In this document: one piece after another, positions 48,661-62,228 of the stretch
How positions within the stretch are numbered: the first letter of the stretch is position 1
Layout of the letters: each line of letters begins with the position of its first letter
The notes under the pieces: model-generated
Seen by the model: the letters and a program-made list of their open reading frames with translations, nothing else
Told to the model about the DNA's origin: nothing
Databases searched by the model: none
Position numbers and translations under genes: made by a program
Assembly: GCA_052327205.1 (NCBI GenBank)
Contig: CM126205.1
Location: 184,264,001 to 184,328,000, forward strand
Direction of reading: 5' to 3'
Length of the DNA stretch: 64,000 bases
From: Somniosus microcephalus
Lineage: Eukaryota

Positions 48661-48886
48661 TAATTTTATGGGACCTGAAACCTTACTCTGAAACCCTGTT
48701 TCTCTCTCTACAGATGCTGCCTGACCTGCTGAATATTTCCAGCATCCACAGTATTTTGCTTTTGTATTGTGGTCAAGTCTCTGTAGTGAGAATTGAACCC
48801 TCAACCTTCTGACTCAGTGGCGAGAGTTATAAGTTTATTAGGGCTCTATTTGATCTACTAACATTGCTATCAACGTCTGTTTGCAG

Positions 48887-49025
48887 CACATCACCTTATT
48901 CTGCTCACTGCCTGCAATGAAGCCTATTACTCCTATCTTATCAAACATATTTGCTTGGAGGCCTACAGATTTCAGATGACAGATGTTGGACAGAGGTTCT
49001 GGTGCGACTGGGAAGAAACACTAAG
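48887..49025 (+). CDS. RAMP1: RAMP1 coding exon 2
   Basis: Acceptor TTTGCAG|, donor AG|GTACG; 139 bp; (A)HHLILLTACNEAYYSYLIKHICLEAYRFQMTDVGQRFWCDWEETL, homologous to human AHHLFMTTACQEANYG...LWCDWGRTI. Confidence 0.95.
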
Positions 49026-49334
49026 GTACGTTGGGAATTCTTGAAAACTTGATTTGAAGCTCTTTTCACTTGCACTGTTTTCATTATGTGTTGTCATCAA
49101 ATCCTCCCAGGCTTTCTGCGTAGCTGAACAGTGAAGCTGAAGGATCTGTTGAGTAAATGCACTGTCCTGTCTTGTATTGAGCTCTACAGGATAGGAATCT
49201 CTCCGCTTCCATTCCTGGTCTGTGCTGAGTTAACCTGTGCAGCACTACAGACTCCTCCGATCCCTGCAATAGGGAAGGAAAATAAAAAATTAATCTGCAT
49301 TCCCACTCCTGATCACGGTTCAGTGACTCCTGCG

Positions 49335-49580
49335 GGAATGCATGAGTGCGCATCCGTGTGAATCTGTGTGCATGCACCTGAGCAGTGTGTGTATGTGAGC
49401 GCGTGTGCATATAAACACGCATGTCTGCATTTGCATGTAAGTGTCTGCATGCATGTTTGTATATATCAGTGCGTGTATGTATTTGTGTGTGTATGTATGT
49501 GTATCTGCGCACTGTTGTGTATCTACATGTGTGCATGCATCTGTGTGCGTGTGTGTGTATCTGCATGCATGTGTGTGTAA
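49335..49580. repeat. Degenerate (TG)n/(TGCA) microsatellite
   Basis: Alternating purine-pyrimidine tract. Confidence 0.8.
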
Positions 49581-49834
49581 CCCTAATCATTTCCCTGGCT
49601 GAAATCAGCAAACTCAACATAACCAGACACATTTCTGCTCTATGTAGCTTGGTGATAAGTTTGGTGGTGTGCATTTAGCAAGGAGGAACTGAAGCTTGGG
49701 GCCTGGAGTGGGGAGGAACACAGATAATAAAAAGATTTCTTCCTAGTAATACTTTGTTACTCAGTGACATCAGTTAAGCAGAGTGACTTGGGCCTGTGAC
49801 CATTATTGCTTCAAAACTTTGTCAATAAACACTG

Positions 49835-51985
49835 ACAAGAAAGAACATTTCTATAGCTCCTTTCACAACCTCAGGATGACCCACAGCACTTTACAGCCAA
49901 TGAACTAATTTTGAAGTGTAGGCACTGTTGCAATGTAGGAAATGCGGCAGCCAATTTGCGTACAGCAAGGTCCCATAAACAGCAATGAGGCAAATGATCA
50001 TTTTTTTTAGTGATGTTGGTTCAGGGATAAATATTGACCAGGACACCGGGGAGAACTCCCCTGCTCTGTTCTTCAAATAGTGCCATGGGATCTTCTACAG
50101 CCATATAAGAGGACAGACGGGGTCTTGGTTTAATGTCTCAATGACAAGGCTGAAGCATTTGCAACTATCTTCAGCCAGAAGTGCCGAGTGGATGATCCAT
50201 CTCGGCCTCCTCCTGAGGTCCCCAGCATCACAGATGCCAGTCTTCAGCCCATTCAATTCACTCCACGTGATGTCAAGAAACGGCTGAAGACACTGGATAC
50301 TGCAAAGGCTATGGGCCCTGACAACATTCCGGCAATAGTACTGAAGACTTGTGCTCCAGAACTAGCCTCACCTCTAGCCAAGCTGTTCCAGTACAGCTAC
50401 AACACTGGCATCTACCCAGCAATGTGGAAAATTGCCCAAGTATGTCCTGTCTACAAAAAGCAGGACAAATCTGACCCAGCCAATTACCGTCCCATCAGTC
50501 TACTCTCAATCATCAGCAAAGTGATGGAAGGTGTCGTCGACAGTGCTATCAAGCGGCACTTACTCAGCAATAACCTGCTAACTGATGCCCAGTTTGGGTT
50601 CCGCCAGGGCCACTCAGCTCCTGACCTTCTTACAGCCTTGGTCCAAACATGGACAAAAGAGCTGAACTCAAGAGGTGAGATGAGAGTGACTGCCCTTGAC
50701 ATCAAGGCAGCATTTGATCGAGTGTGGCATCAAGGAGCCCTAGCAAAACTGAAGTCAATGGGAATCAAGGGGAAAACTCTCCATTGGTTGGAATCCTACC
50801 TAGCACAAAGGAAGTTGGCTGTGGTTGTTGGAGGTCATTCATCTCAATCACATGACATCACTGCAGGAGTTCCTCAGGGCAGTGTCCTAGGCCCAAGCAT
50901 CTTCAGCTGTTTCATCAATGACCTTCCCTCCATCATAAGGTCAGAAGTGGGGATGTTCGCTGATGATTGCACACTGTTCACCATTCGAGACTCGTCAGAT
51001 ACTGACGCAGTCCGTGTCCATATGCAGCAAGACCTGGACAACATTCAGACTTGGGCTGACAAGTGGCAAGTAACATTCGCACCACACAAGTGCCAGGCAA
51101 TGACCATCTCCAACAAGCGAGACTCTAACCATCTCCCCTTGACATTCAATGGCATTACCATCGCTGAATCCCCCACTATCAACATCCTGGGGGTTACCAT
51201 TGATCAGAAACTGAACTGGACCAGCCATATCAATACTGTGGCTACAAGAGCAGGCCAGAGGCTGGGAATTCTGCGTCGAGTGTCTCACCTCCTGACTCCC
51301 CAAAGCCTTTCCACCATCTACAAGGCACAAGTCAGGAGTGTGATGGAATACTCTCCACTTGCCTGGATGAGTGCAGCTCCAACAACACTCAAGAAGCTCG
51401 ACACCATTTAGGATAAAGCAGCCCGCTTGATTGGCACTCCATCCACCTTCAACATTCACTCCCTCCACCACCGGCGCACTGTGGCTGCAGTGTGTACCAT
51501 CTACAAGATGCACTGCAGCAACTCGCCAAAGCTCCTTCAACAGCACCTTCCAAACCCGCGACCTCTACCACTTAGAAGGACAAGGGCAGCAGACGCATGG
51601 GAACATCACCACCTACAAGTTCCCCTCCAAGCCACACACCATCCTGACTTGGACCTGTGTCGCCGTTCCTTCACTGTCGCTGGGCCAAAATCCTGGAACT
51701 CCCTTCCTAACAGCATTGTGGGTGTACCTACACCATATGGACTGCAGCGGTTCAAGAAGGATGCTCACCACCATCTTCTCGAGGGCAATTAGGGCTGGGC
51801 ACTAAATGCAGGCCTAGCCAGCCAGCGACGCCCACATCCCATCAATGAATAAAAAAAACCCAAAAGACGGCACCTCCAACGATGTAGCACTCCCTCAGTA
51901 CTGCACTGAAGCGTCAGCTTGGATTATGGGCTGAAGTCTCTGGAGTAGGACTTGAACCCACAACCTTCTGACTCAGGGAGGAAAG
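49835..51985 (-). mobile_element. DeuSINE (SacSINE1-like), split by LINE B insertion
   Basis: Deu core stops at GGTTTAATGTCTCA (50140) and resumes at CCAAAAGACGGCACCTCC (about 51859), then a tRNA-like head (CTTGAACCCACAACCTTCTGACTCAG). Confidence 0.8.
50141..51858 (+). mobile_element. LINE family B, 5'-truncated, near-intact RT (407-aa ORF, one stop) in RAMP1 intron 2
   Basis: NYRPISLLS, QFGFR, ALDIKAAFDRVWH, GVPQGSVLGP, MFADD; 3' end with AATGAATAAAAAAAA. Confidence 0.95.
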
Positions 51986-52259
51986 GGAAATCCATGACAC
52001 CTACATTTCAGATGAAGGACTTTGGCCTATTTGATCCCATCCTTCCAGAATATCAATCCTAGTGTGTTCTTAGCATGGAGCTAGTCCTTAAATGAGTTCC
52101 AGCCTCACCCACCCTTTCTGGAAACTCTGTCAGCTGTACACCCTCTGTGTAAAGAATACTTCCTGGTTTCATTCCTAAACTTACCCTTCACATCCTGACC
52201 CTGTGTCCTCTTGTCCTCCTGCCCTGAGGTATCCAACAGTATTGTTCTATATTGTTTCC

Positions 52260-52743
52260 GGGGATGAGAGCACTGTCCTTTCGAGGAGAGATTGCGTAGA
52301 ATGGGCCTATAACATCTGGAGTTTAGAAGAATGACATGTATAAAATTCTTAGAGGCCTTGACAGGGTAAATGCTGAGAGTCTGTTTCCCCTGGCTGGAGA
52401 GTCTAGAACTAGAGACCATAATCTCAGGATAAGGGGTCGGCCATTTAGGACTGAGATGAGGAGAAATTTCTTCACTCAGAGGGTTGTGTATCTTTGGAAT
52501 TCTCTCCCCCAGAGGGCTGTGGATGCTCAGTCGTTGATTATATTCAAGACTGAGAGCGACAGATTTTTGGACACTAAGGTAATCAAGGGATATGGGCAAT
52601 TAGGGATGGGCACTAAATGCAGGATATGGTGATATTGCGGGAAAGTGGAGTTGATTTAGAAGTTCAGACATGATCCTATTGAATAGCAGGCTCGAGGGGC
52701 CGTACGGGTTACTCCTGCATCTATTTCTTTGGTTCTTATGTTC
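52260..52743 (+). mobile_element. CR1 LINE 3' end
   Basis: [32 protein letters not shown]; CR1 tail. Confidence 0.85.
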
Positions 52744-53227
52744 CAGGTTAGTTTACGTTATCCCATTCAGTACCTTACAACCCTCTAAGAGCCCCTCCTG
52801 CCCTGGGGTATCTGACAGTATTGTTCCAGGTGTATTTTCACTATCTTGCTCAGTATCCTATAATTCTCATTAAGGACCCCTCCTTCTATTCTTCATTTGG
52901 CGAGTCTCCGGTTTTCTATAAGACATACAAAGATTAATGAAAAATGTTGGAAATACATAGGCCAATGAAAGATACTCATTTAAGTTTCAGGTGTAAACCA
53001 TTTCTCAGAACAGGTGGCCAAGTCGCATCAGAAAAATACTAAAGTAATTTTTCTCTTTTAGATTCTTATGGGCCTGCTGTTCATTTTACCATTCTTCTCT
53101 TTGTAAATTCTATTTTCCTTTGGTGGATCATTTATTTAATGAGCTCTATTTTCATGTGCACCCAATTGTTTTCAGCAGTGACCATTGTACTTGGCCTTGC
53201 TAATGAATGCTTTCTCTTTCCTTGCAG

Positions 53228-53483
53228 CTCCTATGGAGATCTCACCAACTGCACATTCTTGATCGCTAAAAAGATGGACTGTTTTTGGCCAAACCAGGTG
53301 GTGGACCAATTCTTCGTCACCATCCACAAGGAATACTTTCCAAACTGTTCCATCTCTGGGAGAGCCTTGGGGGATCCCCCAAACAACATCATAGGGCCCT
53401 TCATTGTGATCCCAGTGATGATTACTCTGCTTATGACAGCACTTGTGGTGTGGAGAAGCAAACGGAATGAGGGCATTGTCTAA
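53228..53483 (+). CDS. RAMP1: RAMP1 coding exon 3 (rest of ectodomain, TM helix, C-tail)
   Basis: Acceptor TTTCTCTTTCCTTGCAG|; SYGDLTNCTFLIAKKMDCFWPNQVVDQFFVTIHKEYFPNCSISGRALGDPPNNIIGPFIVIPVMITLLMTALVVWRSKRNEGIV*. The tail matches human RAMP1 VVWQSKRTEGIV; spliced CDS is 438 nt, 145 aa. Confidence 0.97.
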
Positions 53484-54690
53484 AGACTAATTTTACAACC
53501 CCTTCTATTGGGTTAAAGGACACTTATGGATTTTAATTTTGATCTGGAAAAGCAATGATACTGTTTCAACCAACTTTACATTGGAGGGGGTGAATGTCTG
53601 AACTGCAGAGTCTGAAGCTGAACCAAACTCACTTTTGAATGGTTCTTTGGTGTCTAAACAGCAAGTGGAAAACTTAAGACATTCTAGGCACTCACTGGTC
53701 CTAATCAGGGATATTGCTCGTGTTTAACAAACCGTTCTGCAACATTCTGTATTCTCTTTCAAACCTTAGTACTTGGGCGCAGTGAAGTTTAAACCACCTG
53801 GACTGGGCCACTAAATATTTATGACTTTAGTGGCTATGATTTTGACAAATGTTATAGCTTATGTGTTGGGTAACCAGGCTGGTTTCTCACTGCATGTATG
53901 ACAAACCATGCTAATGACTGAACTCCCATCTGGAGACCATACCAGGTACTCAATGCATGTGTGGACATCTATGTAATTTTTTGATTCTAAGTAATGCATT
54001 TGTACAAAACCCATTGATATACTCATGCAGACTTTTGATGTCCATACTGACACACATTAATTTTGCTTATTGAATGAGAATGAATTGGCTAAACATTCTG
54101 AAGGAATAACGAACAAAATTATGATCATGGAACAACAAGAAGAATCAAAGGAGGGAAGAAAGAACCAAAACATTTTGTTTCAATCCAGAAGGTTTTCTAA
54201 TCTTATCAGTGGTTTTTCATTATTTTGGATGTTACATCCAACCAGATGAGCAGTCTGCACTGCATTCTGGAAACAAAGCATTACATGGGGGCTCCAGTCC
54301 TGAATTATCAGGGGCGGAGAAGGTGGGTGAGGTGCTGGTACGGTACTGAGTCATTTAAAGCAGGAACGGCCAAGCTTCCATTCCAATCTATGCTAAAATA
54401 CCTGCTCTCGACCAGTTGCTTTCAGTGCCCTGGATCAAGGAGCGCAATATTGTGGTATCTTGCTGCTATTGACTATCCATCATCCCTGCTGGAAAGAGTA
54501 CATTTGGATGTCCAATGAGGTCAGAATTGGATTAGTCTGTGTCTGCTGTCAAATACCCTCGAACACTCATTGTCTGGGCTAACAGATAAAGAATGGAATT
54601 ATTTCCCAAAAAGATATAGCACCTCCGAGAGAAGGGGAGAACAATGGGAGAAAATTGGAAAGGAATATTTTTGTAAACATTGGTTCATTA

Positions 54691-54696
54691 AATAAA
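54691..54696 (+). terminator. Candidate RAMP1 polyadenylation signal
   Basis: AATAAA about 1.2 kb after the stop, at the end of non-repetitive 3' UTR-like sequence. Confidence 0.45.
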
Positions 54697-56114
54697 ATGT
54701 ACATCTGTCACACTGATTAAAGGTACAGTAAACCAACATAATGCAATGGAAGCTCTGAAATATTAAACAGGAAATAGCAGTAAAAGATTAGAATAAAAAC
54801 AGAAAAGGCTGGAAACACATAGCTGGTCAAGCAGCATCAGAACTGGAAGTTAGAGATTTAACAGTTTTTAAGCAAATACAGAGCTAGAGGGGTGAGGCAG
54901 AGGTGGAGGGGAGGGAAAGAACAAAAGGTTGCATCTATTTGCAATGCCAGATTTCTGACCCTTGGAGGACAAGACACATCCAGCAGTTTATCTGGAATGT
55001 GTAATTAGATCCTGCCTGCCTAAGTAATCAAGTACTTGCAATGTGTATTTCGAGCCATTCATTTTCAGTGCCAGGCTCCAGACAGAGCGCAGAGAACAGA
55101 CAGGGCTCTCCCCGCCCCCCACCCCCTGGCAAAAGGTTCCTAACCTTCCCCCCCACTCCTCAGAGTTTCTGATCTTTTCCCTCCCCAACAAATTCCTGGC
55201 CTTCTCCAAGTCCGTAACAGTCCACCACACCACCCCACAACCGGGTCCCTGACAGTCTTCTCTCCTCGCCCCAAATTCCTGATCTCCCCATCCCAACTTC
55301 CTGACCATCCACCTCGAACCCCCCCCACTCCAGGCTTCCTGATCTCCCCCCAAGTTCCTAACCTTCCCATCACCCCCATAAATGGGGCATTGTGTGTGGG
55401 TCGTAGATTGTTAACAGGTTTATTGGGTATAAAGTGAATAATGACAGTGTCAAGACTCCCGGATTTCATCCAGTCCAATGATGACACTTGCCACACCCGG
55501 GGCTTTCTGAAAAATCAACCAGGTCTGTGGGGGTGGGAAGAATGTGATCTACGTCTAACAGAGGGGGGAGAACGAGATCTATCTTCCCATCTGGATCACA
55601 TTCTCACTCTCACCGCGCCACCCCCCCCCCCCTTCCGCCACTTTAGGCCTGGATCACATTCTTCCCCTATCCCCACTGTGCTCTTTATCCCCCCCACCAA
55701 ACTACCTGACATTTTCTCCCCCTTTGATCACCTTTCTCTCCCCACCGCCACCCACCCCCCCGGAAGTACCTGACATCTTCTCCCCCTTCAATCACCTTTC
55801 TCTCCCCACCGCCCCCCTCCTTCAATCTCCTCTCTCTTTCCGCCCCCCGCTTCGATCCTCTCTCCCCACCTCCACCCCGCCCGCCCACCAACAGATCCCC
55901 TGACCTCCGCACGGAGCCAAGGAAAGCGTGTTGTGCAGGCCGCAATAGTTGTTCACTGCACATGCATGGCTCCGGCATACTGCGCACATGTGCAGAAGGG
56001 GAATCAGGCCCAGGTATACTGTGCGCATGCGTAGAAGGCCGCAAAGGTGTTTGTGCAAATAATCAGTGAGAAGAAAAGGGAAGTTCTGTGGTACAGTGGA
56101 TGGCAGGAGTGATT

Positions 56115-56455
56115 AAAAAGAAAGACTTGCATTTATATAGCGCCTTTCACAACCGCTGGATGTCTCAAAGCACTTTACAGCCAATGAAGTACTTTTGAAG
56201 TGTAGTCACTGTTGTAATGTGGGCAACGCGGCAGCCAATTTGCGCAGAGCAAGGTCCCACAAACAGCAATGTGATAATGACTAGATAATATGTTTTGTTA
56301 TGTTGACTGAGGGATAAATATTGGCCAGGACACCGGGGATAACTCCTCTGCTCTTCTTCGAGATAGTGCCATGGGATCTTTTATATCCACCGGAGAGAGC
56401 AGACAGGACCTCGGTTTAATGTCTCATCCAAAAGACGGCACCTCTGACACTGCAG
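56115..56455 (-). mobile_element. DeuSINE (SacSINE1-like)
   Basis: Same tail and Deu core as the copies at 41050 and 49835. Confidence 0.85.
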
Positions 56456-56799
56456 CAATACAGCACATTAAATGACAAATGGGATGATGGAGTAAGGCAA
56501 AAGGAGGTGGTAATGGGATAAGTAAAGAAACAAAAAATGGGTCCAGAGGAGGTGTAAATGGTTACAGCAGAATAGTAGAGGGGGAGGGAAGCATGGGAAA
56601 TCTGGCAAAGTGGTCCAGGAATGTGGCAGAGAAAGGTAGGTAGACACCAAGGGTGTGGACCACCCCCGGCCGTGTACTAACAGGGGGTCCCCACCCCAAG
56701 CACCACTCCTGACCTCCTCCATTCCCAGTGGCTCTGGTGCAGCCATCCTCAATTACCAGTACCTGCTTTCCAAGAGAATGGAAGTGGTGACCAAGAACT

Positions 56800-57335
56800 A
56801 AAGCTGTTGAACTCAATGTTAAGGCCGGAAGGCTGTTAAGTGCCTAAGAGTAAGATGATGTGCTGTTCCTTGAGCTTCTGTTGAGTATCATTGGAACAGT
56901 GTAGGAGGCCGAGAACAGAGGGGTCAGCTAGGGAGTGGGCAGAGAATTAAAGTGGCAAGCAACCAGAAGCTCAGGGTCATGCTTGAAGATTGAATGGATG
57001 TGTTCAGCAAAGTGATCACCCAATCTGCGTTTGATCTCCCCAGTGCAGAGGAGACCGCATTGTGAGCAGTGAATACCAATTTTGAAGAAGTACAAGTAAA
57101 TCACAGTTTCACCTGGAAGGAGTGTTTGGGGCCCCTGCCGGCTGGAAAGACAGGAGGTGAAAGAGCAGGTCTTTCATCTCCTGCGCTTGCATGGGAAGGT
57201 GCCGGAGGAAGGAGGTGATGGACGATTGGGCCAGGATATTGGGGAGGGAATGGTTCCTTCAAAATGCTGAAAGCGGAGGGGAAGATGTGTTTGGTGGTAG
57301 CATCACGTTGGAGGTGACAGAAATGGTGGAGGATG
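56800..57335 (-). mobile_element. Penelope-like element, decayed GIY-YIG endonuclease region
   Basis: Minus strand FQVKL*FTCTSSKLV followed by GEIKRRLGDHFAEH in a shifted frame, the PLE GIY-YIG signature; related PLE-type terminal pieces at about 48695-48770 and 54790-54930. Confidence 0.7.
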
Positions 57336-58283
57336 TAGTATCACATGTCACGGACTAGTAACTGCACATGCAGTATCATTTGTTATAGACTAGTAGCTGG
57401 ACACACAGCATCACATGTCATGGACAATTAACTGGACATGCAGTATCATATGTCATGCACTATAACTGGACCTGCATTATCACGTAACTAGTAAGTGGAC
57501 ACGCAGGATCATGAGAACTCCATCACCTCCAAGTCACACACCATCCTGACTTAGAAATATATCGCCGTTCCTTCATCGTCACTGGGCCAAGATCCTGGAA
57601 TTCCTTCCCTAACAGCACTATGGGAGTACCTTCACCACACAAACTGCAGCAGTTCAAGGTGGTGACTCACCACCACCCTCTCAAAGGCAATTAGGGATGG
57701 GCAATAAATGATGGCCTAGCCAGCAACACCCACATCCCATGAACGAAAGACTACAAATAGGACATGCAATATCATGTTTCATGGACTAGTAGCTAGACAT
57801 GCAGTATAACGTCATGGACTAATGTGACCTGCAAAATCACGTCATGAACTAGTAAGTGGACAGGCAGTATCACGTGTCATGGAGTAGTAACGGGACATGC
57901 AGTATCACGTGTCATGGACTGGTAGCTGGACATGCAATATCACGTCTCGGACTAGTAACAGGACTTGCAGTATCACATGTCATGGACTAGTAACGGGACA
58001 TGCAGTATCACGTGTCATGGACTGGTAACTGAACATGCAATATCATGTGTCATGGACTAGTAACGGGACATGCAGTATCACATGTCATGGACTAGTAATG
58101 GGACATGCAGTATCACGTGTCATGGACTCATAACTGGTAAGGCATTATCATTTGTCATGGACTCGTAACTGGACATGCATTATCTTGTGTTACTGATTAC
58201 TCAGTATCACATGTCACGGACTAGTGACTGGGCATGCAGCATCATATGTCATGGACAAGTGAGTGGGCATGCAGTATCACGTG
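57336..58283 (+). repeat. 35-bp tandem repeat (CATGGACTAGTAACGGGACATGCAGTATCACGTGT)n, interrupted by LINE B 3' end (~57515-57745)
   Basis: Visible 35-bp periodicity, about 20 degenerate copies. Confidence 0.88.
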
Positions 58284-58289
58284 TTTTTT

Positions 58290-59640
58290 CTTTATTTTGA
58301 TATGGATGTCACCTGCAAGGCTGTCATTTATTGCCCATCTGTAGTTGCCCTTGAGAAGGTGCTGGTGAGCTGCCTTCTTGAATCGCTGCAGTCAATGTGG
58401 TGTAGGTGCTCCCACAGTGCTGTAGGGAGTACCAGGACTTTGACCCAGTGACAATGAATGCAATATATGTCCAGGTCAGGATGATGTGTGACTTGGAGGT
58501 GATGGCACCCTATTCATCTACTGCCCTTATCTTTCTAAGTGATCGAGGGCGATGGTTTGGAAGGTCCTGTCGAAGAAGCCTTGTTGAGTTGCTGCAGTGC
58601 ATCCTGTAGATAATATACACTACACTGGTGGTGGAGGAAGTGGATGTTTAAATTGGTGGTTGGGCTATTGATCCTGGATGGTGTCGAGCTTCTTGAGTTT
58701 TAGCTAGTTTCTCTACATTGGTCATGAACCTTCAGTGATCTGTACATAATAACACCAAGATTTTTTTTTCTCAACCTCTCAGTATTGTTCCCTGCAAATG
58801 ATACATACGTATATTCTGCATTGACCCTACATTTATCTAAATTAAACACCATTTACCATTGTGTAGGCCACTCCCCTAGCCTATCTAAGTCTTTTTCAAT
58901 TTGATTGCACTCTTCACACCTGCTTATGTGGCGCAAATGTTACTTGCTGCTCATCAACCCAAGCCTGTATGTTGTCCAGGTCTTGCTGCATGCGGACATG
59001 GACTAGTTTATTATGAGGAGGAGTTAGGAATAGAGCTGAACACTGTGCAATCATCAGCGAACAGCCCCACTTCTGACCTTGCGGCTGAGGAAGGTCATGG
59101 ATGAAGAAGCTGAAGATGGTTGGGCCTAGGACGCTGTCCTGAGGAACCCCTGCAGCAATGTCATGGGGCAGAGATGATTGTCCACATTATCGACTAGATG
59201 CCAGTGGTGTAGCAGTACTGGAACAGCTTGGCTAGAGGCACAGCTAGTTCTGGAGCACAGGTCCTCCGCACTACAGCTGGGATGTTGTGGGGACCCGTAG
59301 CCTTTGCTATGTCTAGTGCACGCATCTGTTTCTTGATATCATGTGGAATGAAACCAATTGGCTTAAGGCTGGTATCTATGCTGGTGAGGACATCAGGAAG
59401 AGGCCGAGAAGGACCATCCACTTGGCACTTCTGGCTGAAGGTGGTGACGAACCACTTTTGCATTCACGTGGTGGGCTCTGCCATTATTGAGGATGGGGAT
59501 ACTAATGGAGTATCCTCTTTCCGTTAGTTGCTTAATTATCCACTACCATTCACAACTGGATGTAGCAGGACTGCAGAGCTTTGATTTGCTGCGTTGGTTG
59601 TGGGCTCGCTTAGCTCTGTCTACAATATGTTACTTCCACT
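58290..59640 (-). mobile_element. Decayed LINE family B pieces
   Basis: TGPHNIPAVVRRTCAPELAVPLAKLFQY; family B 3' end at about 58310-58400. Confidence 0.8.
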
Positions 59641-59644
59641 GTTC

Positions 59645-62228
59645 CTCTAATGAGGCCATATGGGTAGAACTTAAAAACAAAAAGGGGGTTAGTACTTTGG
59701 TGGGAGTGTACTATATGCACCCAGTCAGGGGGAGATAGAGGAACAGATATGTAGGCAAATCTCAGAGAAGTGTAAAAATAATAGGGCAATAATAGTAGGG
59801 GATTTCAACTTCCCCAATATTAACTGGGATAGTCAGAGTGTGAAAGGCTTAGAGGGTGTGGAATTTTTAAAGTACATCCAGGAGAGCTTTTTGAGCCAGC
59901 ATGTAGAAAGTCCTACAAGAGAGGGGGCGGTACTGGATCTAATTCTAGGGAATGTAGCCGGGCAAGTGATAGAAGTGTCAGTAGGAGAGCATTTTGGTGA
60001 CAGTGACCATAATTCGGTGAGATTTAAGGTAGTTATGCAAAAGGACAGAGATGGACCGGAAATAAAGGTTCTAAATTGGGGGAAGGCCGATTTTAATATG
60101 ATAAGGCAGGATCTGGCCAAAGTGGACTGGGATCAGCTACTTGTAGGAAAATCCACATCAGAGCAGTGGGAATCATTCAGAAAGGAATTAGAGAGAGTAC
60201 AACGCCAACATGTTCCCGTAAAGATCAAGAGTGGGACCAACAAGCCCAGGGAACCCTGGATGTCAAGGGCTATACAAGAATGGATTAGGAAAAAAAGGGA
60301 GGCTTTTGGCAGATACAAAGGACTAAAAACAGTGGAAGCCCTAGAGGAGTATAGAAAGTGCATGGGGTTACTTAAAAAAGAAAGTAGGAGAGTGAAGAGG
60401 GGGCATGAAAAAACACTGGCGGGCAAAATAAAGGAAAATCCCAAGGTGTTTTATAAGTATATTAAGGGCAAGAGGATAACCAGGGAAAGAGTAAGGCCCA
60501 TTAGGGATCAAAGTGGCAATGTGTATGTACAGCCGGAAGATGTAGGTGAGGTTTTAAATGAATATTTTGCATCTGTTATCACTATGGAGGATGATGTAGG
60601 CACATATATCAGGCAGGGGGATTGTGATATACTTGAACAAATTAGTATTGAGAGGGAAGAGGTACTAGCAGTTTTAGCGGGCTTAAAAGTGGATAAATCC
60701 CCAGGCCCAGACGAGATGTATCCCAGGCTGCTACGAGGCAAGGGAGGAGATTGCAGGGGCTCTGCCACAAATTTTCAGAACCTCTCTGGCCACAGAGGAG
60801 GTGCCAGAGGACAGTTAAGGGTAGTAGGGATAAACCAGGGAATTACAGGCCAGTGAGCCTAACATCAGTGATAGGGAAATTATTGGAAAAAATTCTGAGG
60901 GACAGAATTAGTCTCCACTTGGAGAGGCAAGGATTAATCAAGGATAGTCAGCATGGCTTTGTCAGGGAGAGATCATGTCTAACCAATTTGATTGAATTTT
61001 TCGAGGGGGTGACTAGGTGTGTGGATGAGGGTAGTGCAATTGATGTAGTCTACATGGACTTCAGTAAGGCTTTTGACAAAGTCCCACATGGGAGACTGGT
61101 CAAGAAGGTAAGAGTCCATGGGATCCAGAGCAATTTGGCACATTGGATCCAAAATTGGCTTAGCGGTAGGAGGCAGAGGGTGATATTCGAAGATTGGTTC
61201 TGTGACTGGAAGCCTGTGTCCAGTGGTGTATCGCAGGGATCGGTGCTGGGTCCCTTGCTGTTTGTAGTGTACATTAATGATTTAGATATGAATGTAGGAG
61301 GTATGATCAGTAAGTTCGCAGATGACACGAAAATTGGTGGAGTGGTAAATAGCGAGAAGGGAAGCCTCAGGCTACAGGACGATATAGATGGGTTGGTCAA
61401 ATGGGCAGAACAGTGGCAAATGGAATTTAATCCTGAAAAGTGTGAGGTGATGCATTTTGGGAGGACTAACAAGGTAAGGGAATACACAATGAATGGTAGG
61501 ATCCAAGGAAGGACAGAGGATCAGAGGGACCTTGGTGTGCATGTACATAGATCACTGAAGGCAGCAGGACAGGTAGATAAGGTGGTTAAAAAGGCATATG
61601 GGATACTTACCTTCATTAGCCGAGGCATAGAATATAAGAGCAGGGAGGTTATGATGGAGCTGTACAATACGCTAGTTAGGCCACAGCTGGAATACTGTGT
61701 GCAGTTCTGGTCGCCACACTATAGGAAGGATGTGATTGCATTGGAGAGGGTGCAGAGGAGATACACCAGGATGGTACCTGGGCTGGAGCGCTTCAGCTAT
61801 GAGGAGAGACTGGACAGGCTGGGGTTGTTTTCCTAGGAGCAGAGAAGGCTGAGGAGGGACCTGATTGAGGTGTACAAAATTATGAGGGGGAAAGATAGGA
61901 TAGATGGAAAGGAACTTTTCCCCTTAGTAGAGGGGTCAATAACCAGGGGGAATAGTTTCAAGGTAAGGGGCAGGAGGTGTAGAGGGGACTTAAGGAAAAA
62001 TGTTTTCACCCAGAGGGTGGTTGGAATCTGGAACTCACTGCCTGAAAGGGTGGTAGAGGCAGGAACCCTCACAACATTTAAGCAGCATTTAGATGAGCAC
62101 TTGAAACGCCATAGCATACAAGGCTACGGACCAAGTGCTGGAAAATGGAATTGGAATAGACAGGGCTTAATGGCCGGCGCAGACACGATGGGCCTCTTTC
62201 TGTGCTGTATAACTCTATGACTCTATGT
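59645..62228 (+). mobile_element. CR1 LINE, near full-length ORF2 (EN+RT) with few lesions
   Basis: 338-aa and 361-aa ORFs: [55 protein letters not shown]; tail CTCTATGACTCTATG. Confidence 0.95.

Noticed and set aside
53139-53227. ORF-track start MSSIFMCTQ... as the RAMP N-terminus
   Set aside because: Intronic in-frame extension; a canonical acceptor at 53227 and upstream exons 1-2 give the correct RAMP1 N-terminus.
55100-56060. C-rich region with TGCGCATGCG (NRF1-like) motifs as a downstream promoter
   Set aside because: Low complexity, no adjacent exon found; probably a decayed DNA-transposon interior.
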